Position numbers and translations under genes: made by a program
Source: Bacteroidia bacterium
GTDB lineage: Bacteria; Bacteroidota; Bacteroidia; AKYH767-A; OLB10
Assembly: GCA_038215705.1 (NCBI GenBank)
Contig: JBBQQQ010000004.1
Location: 147,382 to 211,381, forward strand
Direction of reading: 5' to 3'
DNA length: 64,000 bases
The notes under the pieces: generated by a model
What the model was told of the DNA's origin: nothing
What the model saw: the letters and a program-made list of their open reading frames with translations, nothing else
The model's database searches: none
In this document: positions 1 to 9,977 of the stretch, in pieces
How positions within the stretch are numbered: the first letter of the stretch is position 1
Layout: every line of letters starts with the position of its first letter

Positions 1-25
1 TGGGTGATCAAAAAATGGATGGGAT

Positions 26-820
26 TTGGAAACAGAAAACAAGAATCATATTTTTCCTGAATATGAATTAAGGCCTAAAGATGAATCAAAATTTTTGCAG
101 GAGCCGTTAAGCCGCTGGAGTAATTTCCGATTTGCTTTCCGGGTTTTTTTGGAATTTATGAAAGGTTTCAGAACCCTGCATTTTGTAGGTCCCTGCATTA
201 CTGTTTTCGGATCAGCGCGTTTCAAGGAAGATCATGAATATTATAAGCGTTCCTATGATTTTGGTGCAGGTATATCAAAAATGGGTGGTACCGTTATGAC
301 AGGCGGAGGACCCGGGGTTATGGAAGCTGCTAACAGGGGCGCTTTTGAAAATGGAGGCAAGTCGGTTGGTTGCAATATTTTTTTACCCTTTGAACAAAAT
401 CCGAATCCTTACATGCACAAGTGGGTGATGATAAAATATTTTTTTGTAAGAAAAGTTTTATTGTTAAAATACTCTTACGGATTTGTGGTTATGCCGGGAG
501 GTTTTGGTACCATGGATGAACTTTTCGAAACCTGCACCTTGATTCAAACCAAAACGATCCGCAATTTTCCTATTGTGGTATATGGTATCTCTTACCATCA
601 GCCTTTACTGCTTTTATTTGAGAAAATGATCTCCGAAAAAACAATTTCTACAGCGGATATGAAACTTGTTCTTTTTACAGACAATGTTGAGGAGGGCATG
701 CAACATATTCACAAATATATTAATGAAAATTATTACCGGCAGCCCATTAAGCCTTCTCCATGGTTTTTCGAACAAAGAAAGTTGCGTAATTTTATAAGGG
801 AACCGCAAAAAATGAAATGA
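26..820 (+). CDS. LOG-family (TIGR00730) Rossmann-fold nucleotide-binding protein, cytokinin riboside 5'-monophosphate phosphoribohydrolase-like
   Basis: 264-aa ORF with the motifs GGGPGVMEAANRGA and PGGFGTMDELFE, which are characteristic of the LOG/YvdD family. Confidence 0.8.
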   Translation: METENKNHIFPEYELRPKDESKFLQEPLSRWSNFRFAFRVFLEFMKGFRTLHFVGPCITVFGSARFKEDHEYYKRSYDFGAGISKMGGTVMTGGGPGVMEAANRGAFENGGKSVGCNIFLPFEQNPNPYMHKWVMIKYFFVRKVLLLKYSYGFVVMPGGFGTMDELFETCTLIQTKTIRNFPIVVYGISYHQPLLLLFEKMISEKTISTADMKLVLFTDNVEEGMQHIHKYINENYYRQPIKPSPWFFEQRKLRNFIREPQKMK

Positions 821-852
821 GATTATTGCTGAAATATGCTTTATAATTCAGT

Positions 853-1800
853 TCAATCCTTGCTGAAGTAATCTCCTGACTGATAAACGCCGGTGCGTTG
901 TTTTTGTATCTGCATCAACAGATCATTGGCAAGTGAGCTGGCACCAAACCGGAAATAATCAGACGAAAGCCACGCTTCCCCTAAAGTTTCACGCACCATG
1001 ACCAGGTACTGAAGCGCCAATTTTGCAGTAGCTATTCCACCTGCAGGTTTCATTCCAATCATTTTACCTTCCTGGTAATAAAAATCGCGTATAGCCTCAA
1101 GCATTACAAGGGTAACAGGTAAAGTTGCTGCCGGCTGTACTTTTCCCGTAGAGGTTTTAATAAAATCAGCCCCGGCATGCATTGCCAGATCGCTTGCTTT
1201 CCTTACATTATCGAGTGTGCTGAGTTCCCCTGTTTCGAGAATGACTTTCAAGTGCGCTTTTCCGCATGCTTCTTTTACCGCAGCAATTTCATCGAAAACA
1301 AAATTAAATTCACCTGCGAGAAAATGGCCTCGTGATATAACCATATCAATCTCATCAGCACCCTGATTCACTGCAAATTTTGTTTCCCGTAATTTAACAT
1401 CTCTTGTCGACATGCCACTGGGAAAAGCGGTTGCAACTGCAGCTACTTTAATTTTAGTCCCCGCAAGGGCTTCTTTTGCTATAGCAACCATATTCGGATA
1501 CACACAAACGGCTGCGGCAGAAGGTATATCAGGCAATGATTCATGCGGCCGTATGGCTTTTGCACAAAGTTGCCTTACTTTGCCGGGTGTATCTTTAGCA
1601 TCCAGTGTTGTAAGATCCATCATACTGATTGCCAGCTTTAACGCATAAATCTTGGAATCAGATTTTATACTCCTTTTAGTTAACCTGGAAACACGTTCTT
1701 CAACACCGGTTTGGTCAATTACAGGGGAATTCCTGATGATACTTTTTACGGCAGCCATGGAGTAAATGATTGTGGCACCAAATTTAATAAAAACAATCAC
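853..1800 (-). CDS. deoC: deoxyribose-phosphate aldolase
   Basis: Motif GADFIKTSTGK (Schiff-base lysine region) and (beta/alpha)8 aldolase-like composition. The real start may be at the internal Met (MAAVKS...). Confidence 0.75.
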   Translation of the reverse strand: MIVFIKFGATIIYSMAAVKSIIRNSPVIDQTGVEERVSRLTKRSIKSDSKIYALKLAISMMDLTTLDAKDTPGKVRQLCAKAIRPHESLPDIPSAAAVCVYPNMVAIAKEALAGTKIKVAAVATAFPSGMSTRDVKLRETKFAVNQGADEIDMVISRGHFLAGEFNFVFDEIAAVKEACGKAHLKVILETGELSTLDNVRKASDLAMHAGADFIKTSTGKVQPAATLPVTLVMLEAIRDFYYQEGKMIGMKPAGGIATAKLALQYLVMVRETLGEAWLSSDYFRFGASSLANDLLMQIQKQRTGVYQSGDYFSKD

Positions 1801-1881
1801 ACAGAATACCTGTTAAAGAGTATACGAAGTTGTTTATCAAAGTAATTTTTATTTGATTTGCTGTAACCTGAATATCATTCA

Positions 1882-2109
1882 ATGAAAATACTATGTTTTG
1901 CTGCCATTGCCGAAATAACCGGACACAATGAGATTTCGCTGGAAAGTGCAGGGACTATCGAAGAGCTGAAGCACAAACTTCAACAAAAATATCCCCAAAT
2001 TGCGAATTTGAATTATGCAGTGGCCGTAAATCAAACTATTGCAACTACTAACCAGTCACTCAGAACTACCGATGAAATCGCATTGCTTCCACCTTTTTCC
2101 GGAGGGTGA
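1882..2109 (+). CDS. moaD: molybdopterin synthase sulfur-carrier subunit MoaD
   Basis: 75-aa ORF ending in a C-terminal Gly-Gly (..PPFSGG). It heads the Moco operon immediately upstream of moaA. Confidence 0.75.
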   Translation: MKILCFAAIAEITGHNEISLESAGTIEELKHKLQQKYPQIANLNYAVAVNQTIATTNQSLRTTDEIALLPPFSGG

Positions 2110-2155
2110 CATCGGCGATCATTTTAAATCGTAACTTTACCTATTCACTCTACAA

Positions 2156-3145
2156 ATGCTAAAGGATTCTTTTGGTCGTATACATGATTACCTGAGAATT
2201 AGTTTTACCGACAGGTGTAACTTCCGGTGTTTGTATTGCCTGCCTGATCCGGAGTTTGGAAATGATTGTCACGCCACCGGCAATGATCAGATGAATGCTG
2301 ATGAAATAATTCAACTTGCAACTGCTTTTATTGAACTCGGAATAAAAAAAATTCGCATAACCGGAGGAGAACCTCTGGTTAGGAAAGATGCCGGAAATAT
2401 AATTGAACGACTCGGAAAACTACCCGTTAAACTGGCTATTACAACCAACGGCTCACGTATTGATTCGTTTATTGATAATTTTAATAACGCCGGAATTTCT
2501 TCTGTGAACGTAAGTCTGGACTCCCTAAACCGGGAAACTTTTTTCAAATTGACACACCGTGACGAATTCGTCAAAGTTTTTTCAAATATAAATCTGTTGA
2601 TTCAGAATAATTATCATGTTAAAATCAATGTGGTGGTGATGAACGGATTTAATGAAAATGAGATCAATGATTTTGTGGCTTGGACAAAAGAAGTACCGGT
2701 GCATATACGTTTTATTGAGTTTATGCCTTTTCCTGGAAATCAGTGGAAGCCTGAGAAAGTTATTAATTATGCGGATATCCTTCAGATGATTCATCACAGG
2801 TATGATAACATTGTTAAAATGGAGGATCATCCTAACGATACAACAAAAAAATATCGCGTCCCCGGTCATCAAGGTACATTTGCAATAATCAGCACCATGA
2901 GCGAACCATTTTGCAGTGGCTGTAACAGGCTGCGATTGACATCGGATGGTAAAATGAGAAATTGTTTATTCGCAAAGTCGGAAATAGATTTGCTTACTCC
3001 CTTGCGTGCCGGTCAAGACCTTGTTGCTTTGATAACTGATAATCTGAATGCGAAACATTTTAAACTGGGTGGTAATACCGAAGCAGCCTGGGGAATCACG
3101 GAAACGTCTTCAGGAAAAAGAAGCATGATGGGAATCGGTGGTTGA
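2156..3145 (+). CDS. moaA: GTP 3',8-cyclase MoaA (radical SAM)
   Basis: N-terminal CNFRCLYC radical-SAM cluster motif and a C-terminal second-cluster Cys triad (CSGCNRLRLTSDGKMRNC). Length 329 aa. Confidence 0.9.
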   Translation: MLKDSFGRIHDYLRISFTDRCNFRCLYCLPDPEFGNDCHATGNDQMNADEIIQLATAFIELGIKKIRITGGEPLVRKDAGNIIERLGKLPVKLAITTNGSRIDSFIDNFNNAGISSVNVSLDSLNRETFFKLTHRDEFVKVFSNINLLIQNNYHVKINVVVMNGFNENEINDFVAWTKEVPVHIRFIEFMPFPGNQWKPEKVINYADILQMIHHRYDNIVKMEDHPNDTTKKYRVPGHQGTFAIISTMSEPFCSGCNRLRLTSDGKMRNCLFAKSEIDLLTPLRAGQDLVALITDNLNAKHFKLGGNTEAAWGITETSSGKRSMMGIGG

Positions 3146-3188
3146 TTATTTTAATTTATTGTTATTTATAGTTTAAATCTTTTTTAAC

Positions 3189-4385
3189 GTGGCAGACAAT
3201 TATTTAGTTTCTGTTCATGAAGCACATGAGGCCATCAGGCGAACGGTTAAAGCAGGGAAAATTGTTGAGGTTGATATTGCAGATGCTTTCGGATACGTAT
3301 TGGCTCAGACCGTTAAATCACCTTTGCCTTCGCCTTTATTCGATAACTCCGCCATGGATGGTTACGCCTTTCGATTTGATGATTATAAGAAGGGTAAAGG
3401 CGTTTATATAACCGGTGAGGCTTCTGCCGGGAAAAATTATACCGGCCGGCTGAAAAGTGGTGAGGCAATACGCATTTTTACCGGTGCTGCCATTCCTGAT
3501 GGTGCTGATACGGTTGTAATGCAGGAGCGTATTTTTTTAAAAGAAAATCAATTGCTTGTGCGTGATGATAAACTGGCAAAAGGAGCCAATATCCGTAAAG
3601 CAGGATCACAAATAAAGAAGGGTGACGTAGCAGTTGAAAAAGGATCCCTGTTAAACCCCGGTTCAGTTAGTTTTATTGCAGCACTTGGTGTAGCTCGCGT
3701 GAAAGTTTTTAACTTACCCGATGTGGCCATCATTGTAACAGGGGATGAATTGGTTGGTCCGGGAAAAAAATTGAAGGCGGGACAGATTTTTGAGTCAAAC
3801 TCTGTCGCGTTAAATGCAATGTTAAGAACAGACGGAATCAGGAATGTTAAAATTTATAATGCTAATGATACCTTTGAATCGACCAGGAAGGTATTTCAAA
3901 AAGCATTCGGCCGTCATGATTTTGTTTTGTTCACCGGTGGAATTTCTGAGGGTGATTATGACTTTGTTGGAAAAGTTATGGCGGCAGAGCGTATAAAAAC
4001 ATTGTTTTATAAGGTTAAACAAAAACCCGGTAAACCGTTGTATTTTGGCAGTAAATCGGGGAAGTATATCTTTGGATTACCCGGTAATCCTGCGTCGGTG
4101 CTTTCCTGCTATTACGAGTATGTGAGACCTGCATTGCAGGATTTTCAAAGCAACACGCAAAGAACTTCTTTGATATTACACTTGCCGCTTTCGAAATCAT
4201 ATAGTAAGAAATCCGGACTTACTCATTTTCTGAAAGGGTATACTGATTTCAGAACTGTTTTACCTTTACCGGGTCAAGAATCATTTAACGTCAGATCATT
4301 CGTTGAAGCAAATTGTTTTATAATGTTGGGAGAAGCGACTGAAATTATTAATGAGGGAGATATTGTAGAAGTTCACATGATTTGA
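3189..4385 (+). CDS. moeA: molybdopterin molybdenumtransferase MoeA
   Basis: 398 aa with a GTG start. MoeA-typical segments include GGISEGDYDFV and PGNPAS. Confidence 0.85.
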   Translation: MADNYLVSVHEAHEAIRRTVKAGKIVEVDIADAFGYVLAQTVKSPLPSPLFDNSAMDGYAFRFDDYKKGKGVYITGEASAGKNYTGRLKSGEAIRIFTGAAIPDGADTVVMQERIFLKENQLLVRDDKLAKGANIRKAGSQIKKGDVAVEKGSLLNPGSVSFIAALGVARVKVFNLPDVAIIVTGDELVGPGKKLKAGQIFESNSVALNAMLRTDGIRNVKIYNANDTFESTRKVFQKAFGRHDFVLFTGGISEGDYDFVGKVMAAERIKTLFYKVKQKPGKPLYFGSKSGKYIFGLPGNPASVLSCYYEYVRPALQDFQSNTQRTSLILHLPLSKSYSKKSGLTHFLKGYTDFRTVLPLPGQESFNVRSFVEANCFIMLGEATEIINEGDIVEVHMI

Positions 4386-4441
4386 AAATAGTATAAACTT
4401 GAATTTTTCTTTTTATAGTCTCAAAAATATACGCAACTGAA

Positions 4442-5176
4442 ATGAGCCCGGATTCTATTTTGTTCCTGGTGTTACTTCTTATTATTGCAGTACTTTATTC
4501 GAGTGTGGGGCATGGGGGAGCGAGTGGCTACCTGGCGTTAATGGGTTTGTTTCATTTTGCTCCTGACGTGATGCGCCCTGCAGCACTGGTTCTTAATTTG
4601 TTGGTATCATTCATTGCGTGGTGGCAGTATTCCCGGAAAGCAGCGCTACAGCAAAAATTATTTTTATGGTTGATAATAGGAAGCGTTCCAGCCGCTTTTG
4701 CAGGATCTCTTATATCATTGGATGTATCGTTATACAAACAAATGTTAGGAGTTTTACTGCTGATTCCTGCTCTCAGGATGTTTGGTTTTTTCAAACCCGA
4801 AAATCAGGTTGTACATGAACCGCGTTTATTCCCTGCCGTTACTTTTGGTGTGGTCATCGGATTATTATCGGGAGTAATTGGCATAGGTGGAGGTATTATT
4901 CTCAGCCCTCTGCTGTTAATGCTGGGATGGTCGGATATCCGGCAAACCGCTCACCTGTCGGCATTGTTTATTTTTGTTAATTCCCTTACGGGGATAATTG
5001 GATTATCAGTGAATGATGTTGAATTTCATCCGGATTTACCGATGTGGTGCACAATTGCAGTTATCGGGGGTTTGGTGGGATCCGTGACGGGAAGCAGGAA
5101 AGCTTCCCCGACTACATTGACACATATTCTCGGAGTAGTGCTCATTATTGCAGGACTTAAGCTTCTCATTTTATAA
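4442..5176 (+). CDS. TSUP-family (TauE/SafE-like) membrane transporter
   Basis: 244-aa polytopic hydrophobic protein with two homologous halves (GxGGGxxxxPxL-like glycine-rich segments), typical of the 4+4-TM TSUP family. Confidence 0.7.
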   Translation: MSPDSILFLVLLLIIAVLYSSVGHGGASGYLALMGLFHFAPDVMRPAALVLNLLVSFIAWWQYSRKAALQQKLFLWLIIGSVPAAFAGSLISLDVSLYKQMLGVLLLIPALRMFGFFKPENQVVHEPRLFPAVTFGVVIGLLSGVIGIGGGIILSPLLLMLGWSDIRQTAHLSALFIFVNSLTGIIGLSVNDVEFHPDLPMWCTIAVIGGLVGSVTGSRKASPTTLTHILGVVLIIAGLKLLIL

Positions 5177-5215
5177 TGAAAATCTGATTTTATGCAATAA
5201 ATTCAATAACTTAGA

Positions 5216-5806
5216 GTGATTGAAATGAATGTTAAAAATCGCGAAAGAGCCTTCGTTCTCTGTGGAGGAAAAAGTTCCAGGATGGGTACAGATAAAGGTC
5301 TGGCCTTATACCGGGGTAAGGAAATGGTTTGTCATGTAATTGACGTGTTGCAACCCCTTTTCAGCGAAGTTGTGTTAATAGCTAACAATCCCGCCTATAC
5401 GAAATTCGGGTTGCCGGTCTTTCATGATCTGATTTCCGGAACAGGGCCAATGGGTGGTATTTATACCGGACTAATAAATTCTGATACACCCTGGAATTTT
5501 TTTATTGCCTGCGATATGCCATTCATAACGGACCGGGTAATAGGAAAATTGCAGAATGAAACTGATGTTGGGGATGCAATAGTTGCTTTACATAATAATT
5601 TACAGGAGCCTCTTTGCACATTTTACAATAAATCATGCATTTCATTTATTGAAAAACAAATGGCTGTAAATAATTTCAAATTGCAGGACCTGATTTCAAT
5701 CCTTCGCGTAAAAAATGTTGACGTTTCAGGTACATTTTTGCCTGGGCAGGATCCTTTCAGAAACATCAATACGTTAGACGAATTAATAAACATTAATAAA
5801 TTATGA
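5216..5806 (+). CDS. mobA: molybdenum cofactor guanylyltransferase MobA
   Basis: N-terminal LCGGKSSRMGTDKGL nucleotide-binding motif. 196 aa. The stop overlaps the moeB start (ATGA). Confidence 0.8.
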   Translation: MIEMNVKNRERAFVLCGGKSSRMGTDKGLALYRGKEMVCHVIDVLQPLFSEVVLIANNPAYTKFGLPVFHDLISGTGPMGGIYTGLINSDTPWNFFIACDMPFITDRVIGKLQNETDVGDAIVALHNNLQEPLCTFYNKSCISFIEKQMAVNNFKLQDLISILRVKNVDVSGTFLPGQDPFRNINTLDELININKL

Positions 5807-6927
5807 ATCGGAACGCACAGGAGCAGGAACGGTATGCACGTCAGCTACTCCTGCATGAGATTGGATCTGAGGGACAGGAAAAGCTGAAAGCAGCAAAAGT
5901 GCTGGTTGTTGGTGCCGGTGGTTTAGGTTGCCCTGCACTACTTTACCTGGCAGGTTCCGGCGTTGGTACATTGGGGGTTATGGATTTTGATGCAGTTGCT
6001 GTTTCAAATCTGCACCGGCAAATATTATTTAATGAATCGGATATTGGAAAAAATAAAGCACAGTGCGCTTCTGAAAAACTTAAAATTATAAATCCTTACA
6101 TTGTTGTAAATGCAGTTTCAGAACGGCTAACGGTTAAGAATATACGTAAATTGTTTATGGAGTATGATGTTATTATTGATGCAACTGATAATTTTTCCAC
6201 CCGTTATCTTATAAGTGACGGATGTGTGTTGGCTGAAAAACCTTATGTGTTCGGCTCTCTTCATAAATTCAGCGGACAAGTTGCCGTATTCAATCAGTTG
6301 CTTGATGCGGGAAAGCGATCTCCGGTTTACCGCGATGTTTTTCCATCACCCCCTTCTCCGGGATCAGTGACTGATTGCCAGGAATCGGGTATCATCGGGC
6401 CCGTGGCCGGAATCATAGGAGCTATTCAGGCCACCGAAACCATAAAACTCATTACCGGGGCAGGGGTCACCCTTGCGGGGAAACTGCTGGTTGTCGACAT
6501 GTTGAATCAGATTTATAATCGTATGGAAGTTTCCGCACAAAATTCTAATTCAGAAGGTTCACCCATCACCTGGAAAGAATTGGAAGAGTTTGATTATGAG
6601 GAGTTTTCACCAAAAATTCCTGTGTCCGGCAAAATCGATAGTCACCATCTTGACGAACTATTAACCCGGGAAGCCCCAATACAGGTACTTGATGTAAGGG
6701 AGGAATGGGAAGTTTCAGGTTTGCCGGGTTTAGAAGCGATTCCGATATCGCTTTATGAACTACCGAACCGAATTGAGGAACTTGATAAATCGATGTTTAC
6801 CGTCGTCATTTGTGCTGGAGGCAAGCGAAGTGAACTGGCGGTAAAGTTGTTGCAAAATGCAGGGTTTCAAAATGTACGCAGTCTCGAGGGAGGAATAAAT
6901 GCCTGGCTGGACCGGCAGAAAGTTTAA
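5803..6927 (+). CDS. moeB: molybdopterin-synthase adenylyltransferase (MoeB/ThiF) fused to a C-terminal rhodanese domain (MoeZ-type)
   Basis: ThiF motif VVGAGGLGCP in the N-terminal half. The C-terminal about 100 aa carry the rhodanese active-site loop CAGGKRS. Confidence 0.85.
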   Translation: MNRNAQEQERYARQLLLHEIGSEGQEKLKAAKVLVVGAGGLGCPALLYLAGSGVGTLGVMDFDAVAVSNLHRQILFNESDIGKNKAQCASEKLKIINPYIVVNAVSERLTVKNIRKLFMEYDVIIDATDNFSTRYLISDGCVLAEKPYVFGSLHKFSGQVAVFNQLLDAGKRSPVYRDVFPSPPSPGSVTDCQESGIIGPVAGIIGAIQATETIKLITGAGVTLAGKLLVVDMLNQIYNRMEVSAQNSNSEGSPITWKELEEFDYEEFSPKIPVSGKIDSHHLDELLTREAPIQVLDVREEWEVSGLPGLEAIPISLYELPNRIEELDKSMFTVVICAGGKRSELAVKLLQNAGFQNVRSLEGGINAWLDRQKV

Positions 6928-6928
6928 A

Positions 6929-7378
6929 ATGACCGATAAAAAACATAAAAACATTTTTGTTGAGGGGGCCATCTCTCAGGGAAAAATTGCTGAAAGTATT
7001 GAGAAACATAGCTCTATGCACGGCATTGGTGCGCATAGCATTTTCCTGGGCCAGGTACGTGCCGATGAACATGAAAATGGCGTTGTAGAAGCAATTGAAT
7101 ACAGTTGTTACAGGGAGATGGCAGATAACGTGATACATGCCATCCGTGAAGAAACATTCTCAAAATTTAATTTATCTTGCATGCACATTTATCACAGCCT
7201 GGGACGGGTGCGGACAGGCGAAATTTCCTTGTTCATCTTCACTTCTTCTAAAAACCGGGCGGCAGCCATTGAGGCATGTGCTTATTTGGTGGAAGAGATA
7301 AAAAGAAAAGTGCCCGTATGGGGAAAAGAAATATTAAGTAACCAAACACATACCTGGAAAAATAACAACCAACGTTAG
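6929..7378 (+). CDS. moaE: molybdopterin synthase catalytic subunit MoaE
   Basis: About 149 aa taken from the internal ATG at 6929, directly after the moeB stop. The C-terminal VPVWGKE motif is typical of MoaE. The ORF-track start at 6899 would overlap moeB. Confidence 0.8.
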   Translation: MTDKKHKNIFVEGAISQGKIAESIEKHSSMHGIGAHSIFLGQVRADEHENGVVEAIEYSCYREMADNVIHAIREETFSKFNLSCMHIYHSLGRVRTGEISLFIFTSSKNRAAAIEACAYLVEEIKRKVPVWGKEILSNQTHTWKNNNQR

Positions 7379-9064
7379 ATGATTACAACTGAAACATTAA
7401 CCGACCTGGAAATTGCAACCATCGCAGAAATTAAACCGATAGGTCAAATAGCGAAGCGTCTGAACATTGATCCTGAATTGCTGGAACAGTATGGAAAGTA
7501 CAAAGCTAAATTACCATTGTCATTGATTGATGAGAAGAAGATTGCAGCTTCAAATCTTATATTGGTTTCTGCTGTCAATCCAACACCTGCGGGAGAAGGA
7601 AAAACAACGGTGTCGATCGGGCTCACGGATGGTTTAAATAAGATTGGAAAAAATGCCATGGTAGTTTTAAGGGAGCCTTCGCTCGGACCTGTTTTTGGAA
7701 TGAAAGGCGGTGCAGCAGGCGGTGGTTACTCACAGGTTATTCCAATGGTTGATATTAATTTGCATTTCACCGGTGATTTTTCTGCAATTGAAAAAGCTAA
7801 TAATTTACTTGCCGCTTTAATCGATAATAATATTCAAAGCAAAAGCCGCAATCTTAATATTGACCCGCGCACTATTGTGTGGAAACGGGTAATGGATATG
7901 AATGATCGCGCTTTGCGACATATCATAATTGGTATCGGAGGCAGTTCAAATGGAATTCCCCGTGAAGATGGATTTAATATTACCGCTGCGTCAGAAGTAA
8001 TGGCGATTATTTGTTTGTCGAAAGATTTTGATGATCTTAAAAAACGACTGGGCAATATTTTCATTGGATACACCTTCGATAAAAAACCGGTTTATGCACG
8101 TGATTTAAAAGCAGAAGGCGCCATGGCGCTGCTGCTTCGTGATGCAATCCTGCCCAATCTGGTGCAGACGCTGGAAGGCAATCCTGCAATTATTCACGGT
8201 GGTCCGTTTGCAAATATTGCACAGGGTACCAATTCTATTATTGCTACCAAAACAGGTCTCTCACTTTGTGATTATGTTGTTACGGAAGCTGGATTTGGTG
8301 CCGACCTGGGTGCAGAAAAATTTCTGGATATAAAATGTCCTGTCGGAGGATTGAAACCAAAAGCCCTCGTGTTGGTTGTTACAGTAAGGGCGCTTCGCCA
8401 TCATGGCGGTGCTAAGAAAGACGAGTATAATACTCCGAACATGAGTTATATCGGGAAAGGGTTTTCGAACCTGGCAAAGCATATCGAAAATTGCAAAAAA
8501 TTCGGACTGACTCCGGTTGTAGCTATTAACAGTTTCTTTTCTGATTCTGAAGAAGAAGTAAATTATATCACATCAGAATGCGCCAAAGTGGGAGTAAAAG
8601 CAATTGTGTCGAAAGGGTGGGGCCATGGTGGTGAAGGAACTAAAGACCTGGCGCAGGCAGTTGTGGATGTTATTGAAAGCGGTGTAAATAATTATCACCC
8701 TCTTTACGACTGGAGTTTGCCTGTGGAGGAAAAGATCAAAAAAATTGCAACGGAGATTTATGGCGCTGACGATGTAACGTATTCTGCGAAAGCAAAAACA
8801 CAATTAAAAGAATTCATAAACCTTGGATTTAATAATTTGCCGGTGTGTGTTGCTAAAACTCAGAAATCGTTTTCTGATAATGAAAATAAAATAGGCCGGC
8901 CGACAAATTTTACTGTGAATGTCAGGGAATTTGAACTGGCAGCAGGAGCAGGTTTTATTGTACCCATATTAGGAGATATGATGCGGATGCCCGGGCTTCC
9001 TGCTATACCGGCATCCGAAGGAATGGATATTGACAATGAAGGAAATATTACAGGACTCTCTTAG
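7379..9064 (+). CDS. fhs: formate--tetrahydrofolate ligase
   Basis: 561 aa with the P-loop-like PTPAGEGKTT. Length and conserved blocks match FTHFS. The start abuts the moaE stop. Confidence 0.9.
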   Translation: MITTETLTDLEIATIAEIKPIGQIAKRLNIDPELLEQYGKYKAKLPLSLIDEKKIAASNLILVSAVNPTPAGEGKTTVSIGLTDGLNKIGKNAMVVLREPSLGPVFGMKGGAAGGGYSQVIPMVDINLHFTGDFSAIEKANNLLAALIDNNIQSKSRNLNIDPRTIVWKRVMDMNDRALRHIIIGIGGSSNGIPREDGFNITAASEVMAIICLSKDFDDLKKRLGNIFIGYTFDKKPVYARDLKAEGAMALLLRDAILPNLVQTLEGNPAIIHGGPFANIAQGTNSIIATKTGLSLCDYVVTEAGFGADLGAEKFLDIKCPVGGLKPKALVLVVTVRALRHHGGAKKDEYNTPNMSYIGKGFSNLAKHIENCKKFGLTPVVAINSFFSDSEEEVNYITSECAKVGVKAIVSKGWGHGGEGTKDLAQAVVDVIESGVNNYHPLYDWSLPVEEKIKKIATEIYGADDVTYSAKAKTQLKEFINLGFNNLPVCVAKTQKSFSDNENKIGRPTNFTVNVREFELAAGAGFIVPILGDMMRMPGLPAIPASEGMDIDNEGNITGLS

Positions 9065-9146
9065 GTATGAATCCTCTTATTGAGGGAATAAGAAACTTCA
9101 GAACTTCTCCCGGCAAATTCATTGTGCCGGAGTTTAAGATAAACAA

Positions 9147-9971
9147 ATGTCAGATCACCTCTATCCCGGCCTTTTTTATAACAATGGAAATTTTTCCAGT
9201 GTAAATGATGTAGTGGCAGTTGAGGAATCGCTATCTATTGCCATTAATGGTGAACCCTTTACTGTTACCATGCGAACACCCGGGTTTGAAGAAGACCTTA
9301 TTACGGGTTTACTCTATTCGGAAGAAGTTTTTCGTGACAGGAGTGATCCGCCTGTTGTTGAAATTACAGGTACTAACGCCAGGGGATATGTGACTTCTGT
9401 AAATGTAATTATCCCTTCTGAAAAAATTCTTAAAGACTTTGCAGGATCTCGAAATATTGTTTCCGCATCTTCATGCGGTCTTTGCGGAAGAACTTCCTTT
9501 GAAGATACCATAAGTAAGAATACGATATCGGAGGTGGGATTGCTTGAGCCCGGCATGATTTCCGGCATGCTTGAAACAATGAGCAGTCACCAGAAATCGT
9601 TTCAGCAATCGGGTGGCACCCATGCTTCAGCTGCCTTTACGCTGGATGGAAAGCTGCTCAGCATCCGTGAAGATATTGGCCGTCATAATGCAGTTGATAA
9701 GGTTATTGGTGACCTGATAAAGACACAGATGCTTGAAAATGCAAAGGTGCTTACAGTAAGTGGGCGCATAAGCTATGAAATTGTAAATAAAACGCTTTCG
9801 GCGGGTATACCGTTTATTGCATCGGTATCGGCGCCTTCAACACTTGCTGTTGAAAATGCCCGTGAGGCCGGCATGACCCTTATGGCCTTCTGCAGGAATC
9901 ACAAATTGACAATTTATACTCATCCCGAACGAATAATTCAAAATCATGAAACAGTCCGGGCAAACCGGTAA
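9147..9971 (+). CDS. fdhD: formate dehydrogenase accessory sulfurtransferase FdhD
   Basis: 274 aa with the conserved SSCGLCG cysteine motif and GRHNAVDK. Confidence 0.85.
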   Translation: MSDHLYPGLFYNNGNFSSVNDVVAVEESLSIAINGEPFTVTMRTPGFEEDLITGLLYSEEVFRDRSDPPVVEITGTNARGYVTSVNVIIPSEKILKDFAGSRNIVSASSCGLCGRTSFEDTISKNTISEVGLLEPGMISGMLETMSSHQKSFQQSGGTHASAAFTLDGKLLSIREDIGRHNAVDKVIGDLIKTQMLENAKVLTVSGRISYEIVNKTLSAGIPFIASVSAPSTLAVENAREAGMTLMAFCRNHKLTIYTHPERIIQNHETVRANR

Positions 9972-9977
9972 AAAATT

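Noticed and set aside
1801-1881. Moco riboswitch upstream of the moaD-moaA operon
   Set aside because: The leader is only about 80 nt and lacks the extended conserved Moco-motif stems. It is too short for the roughly 130-nt RNA.
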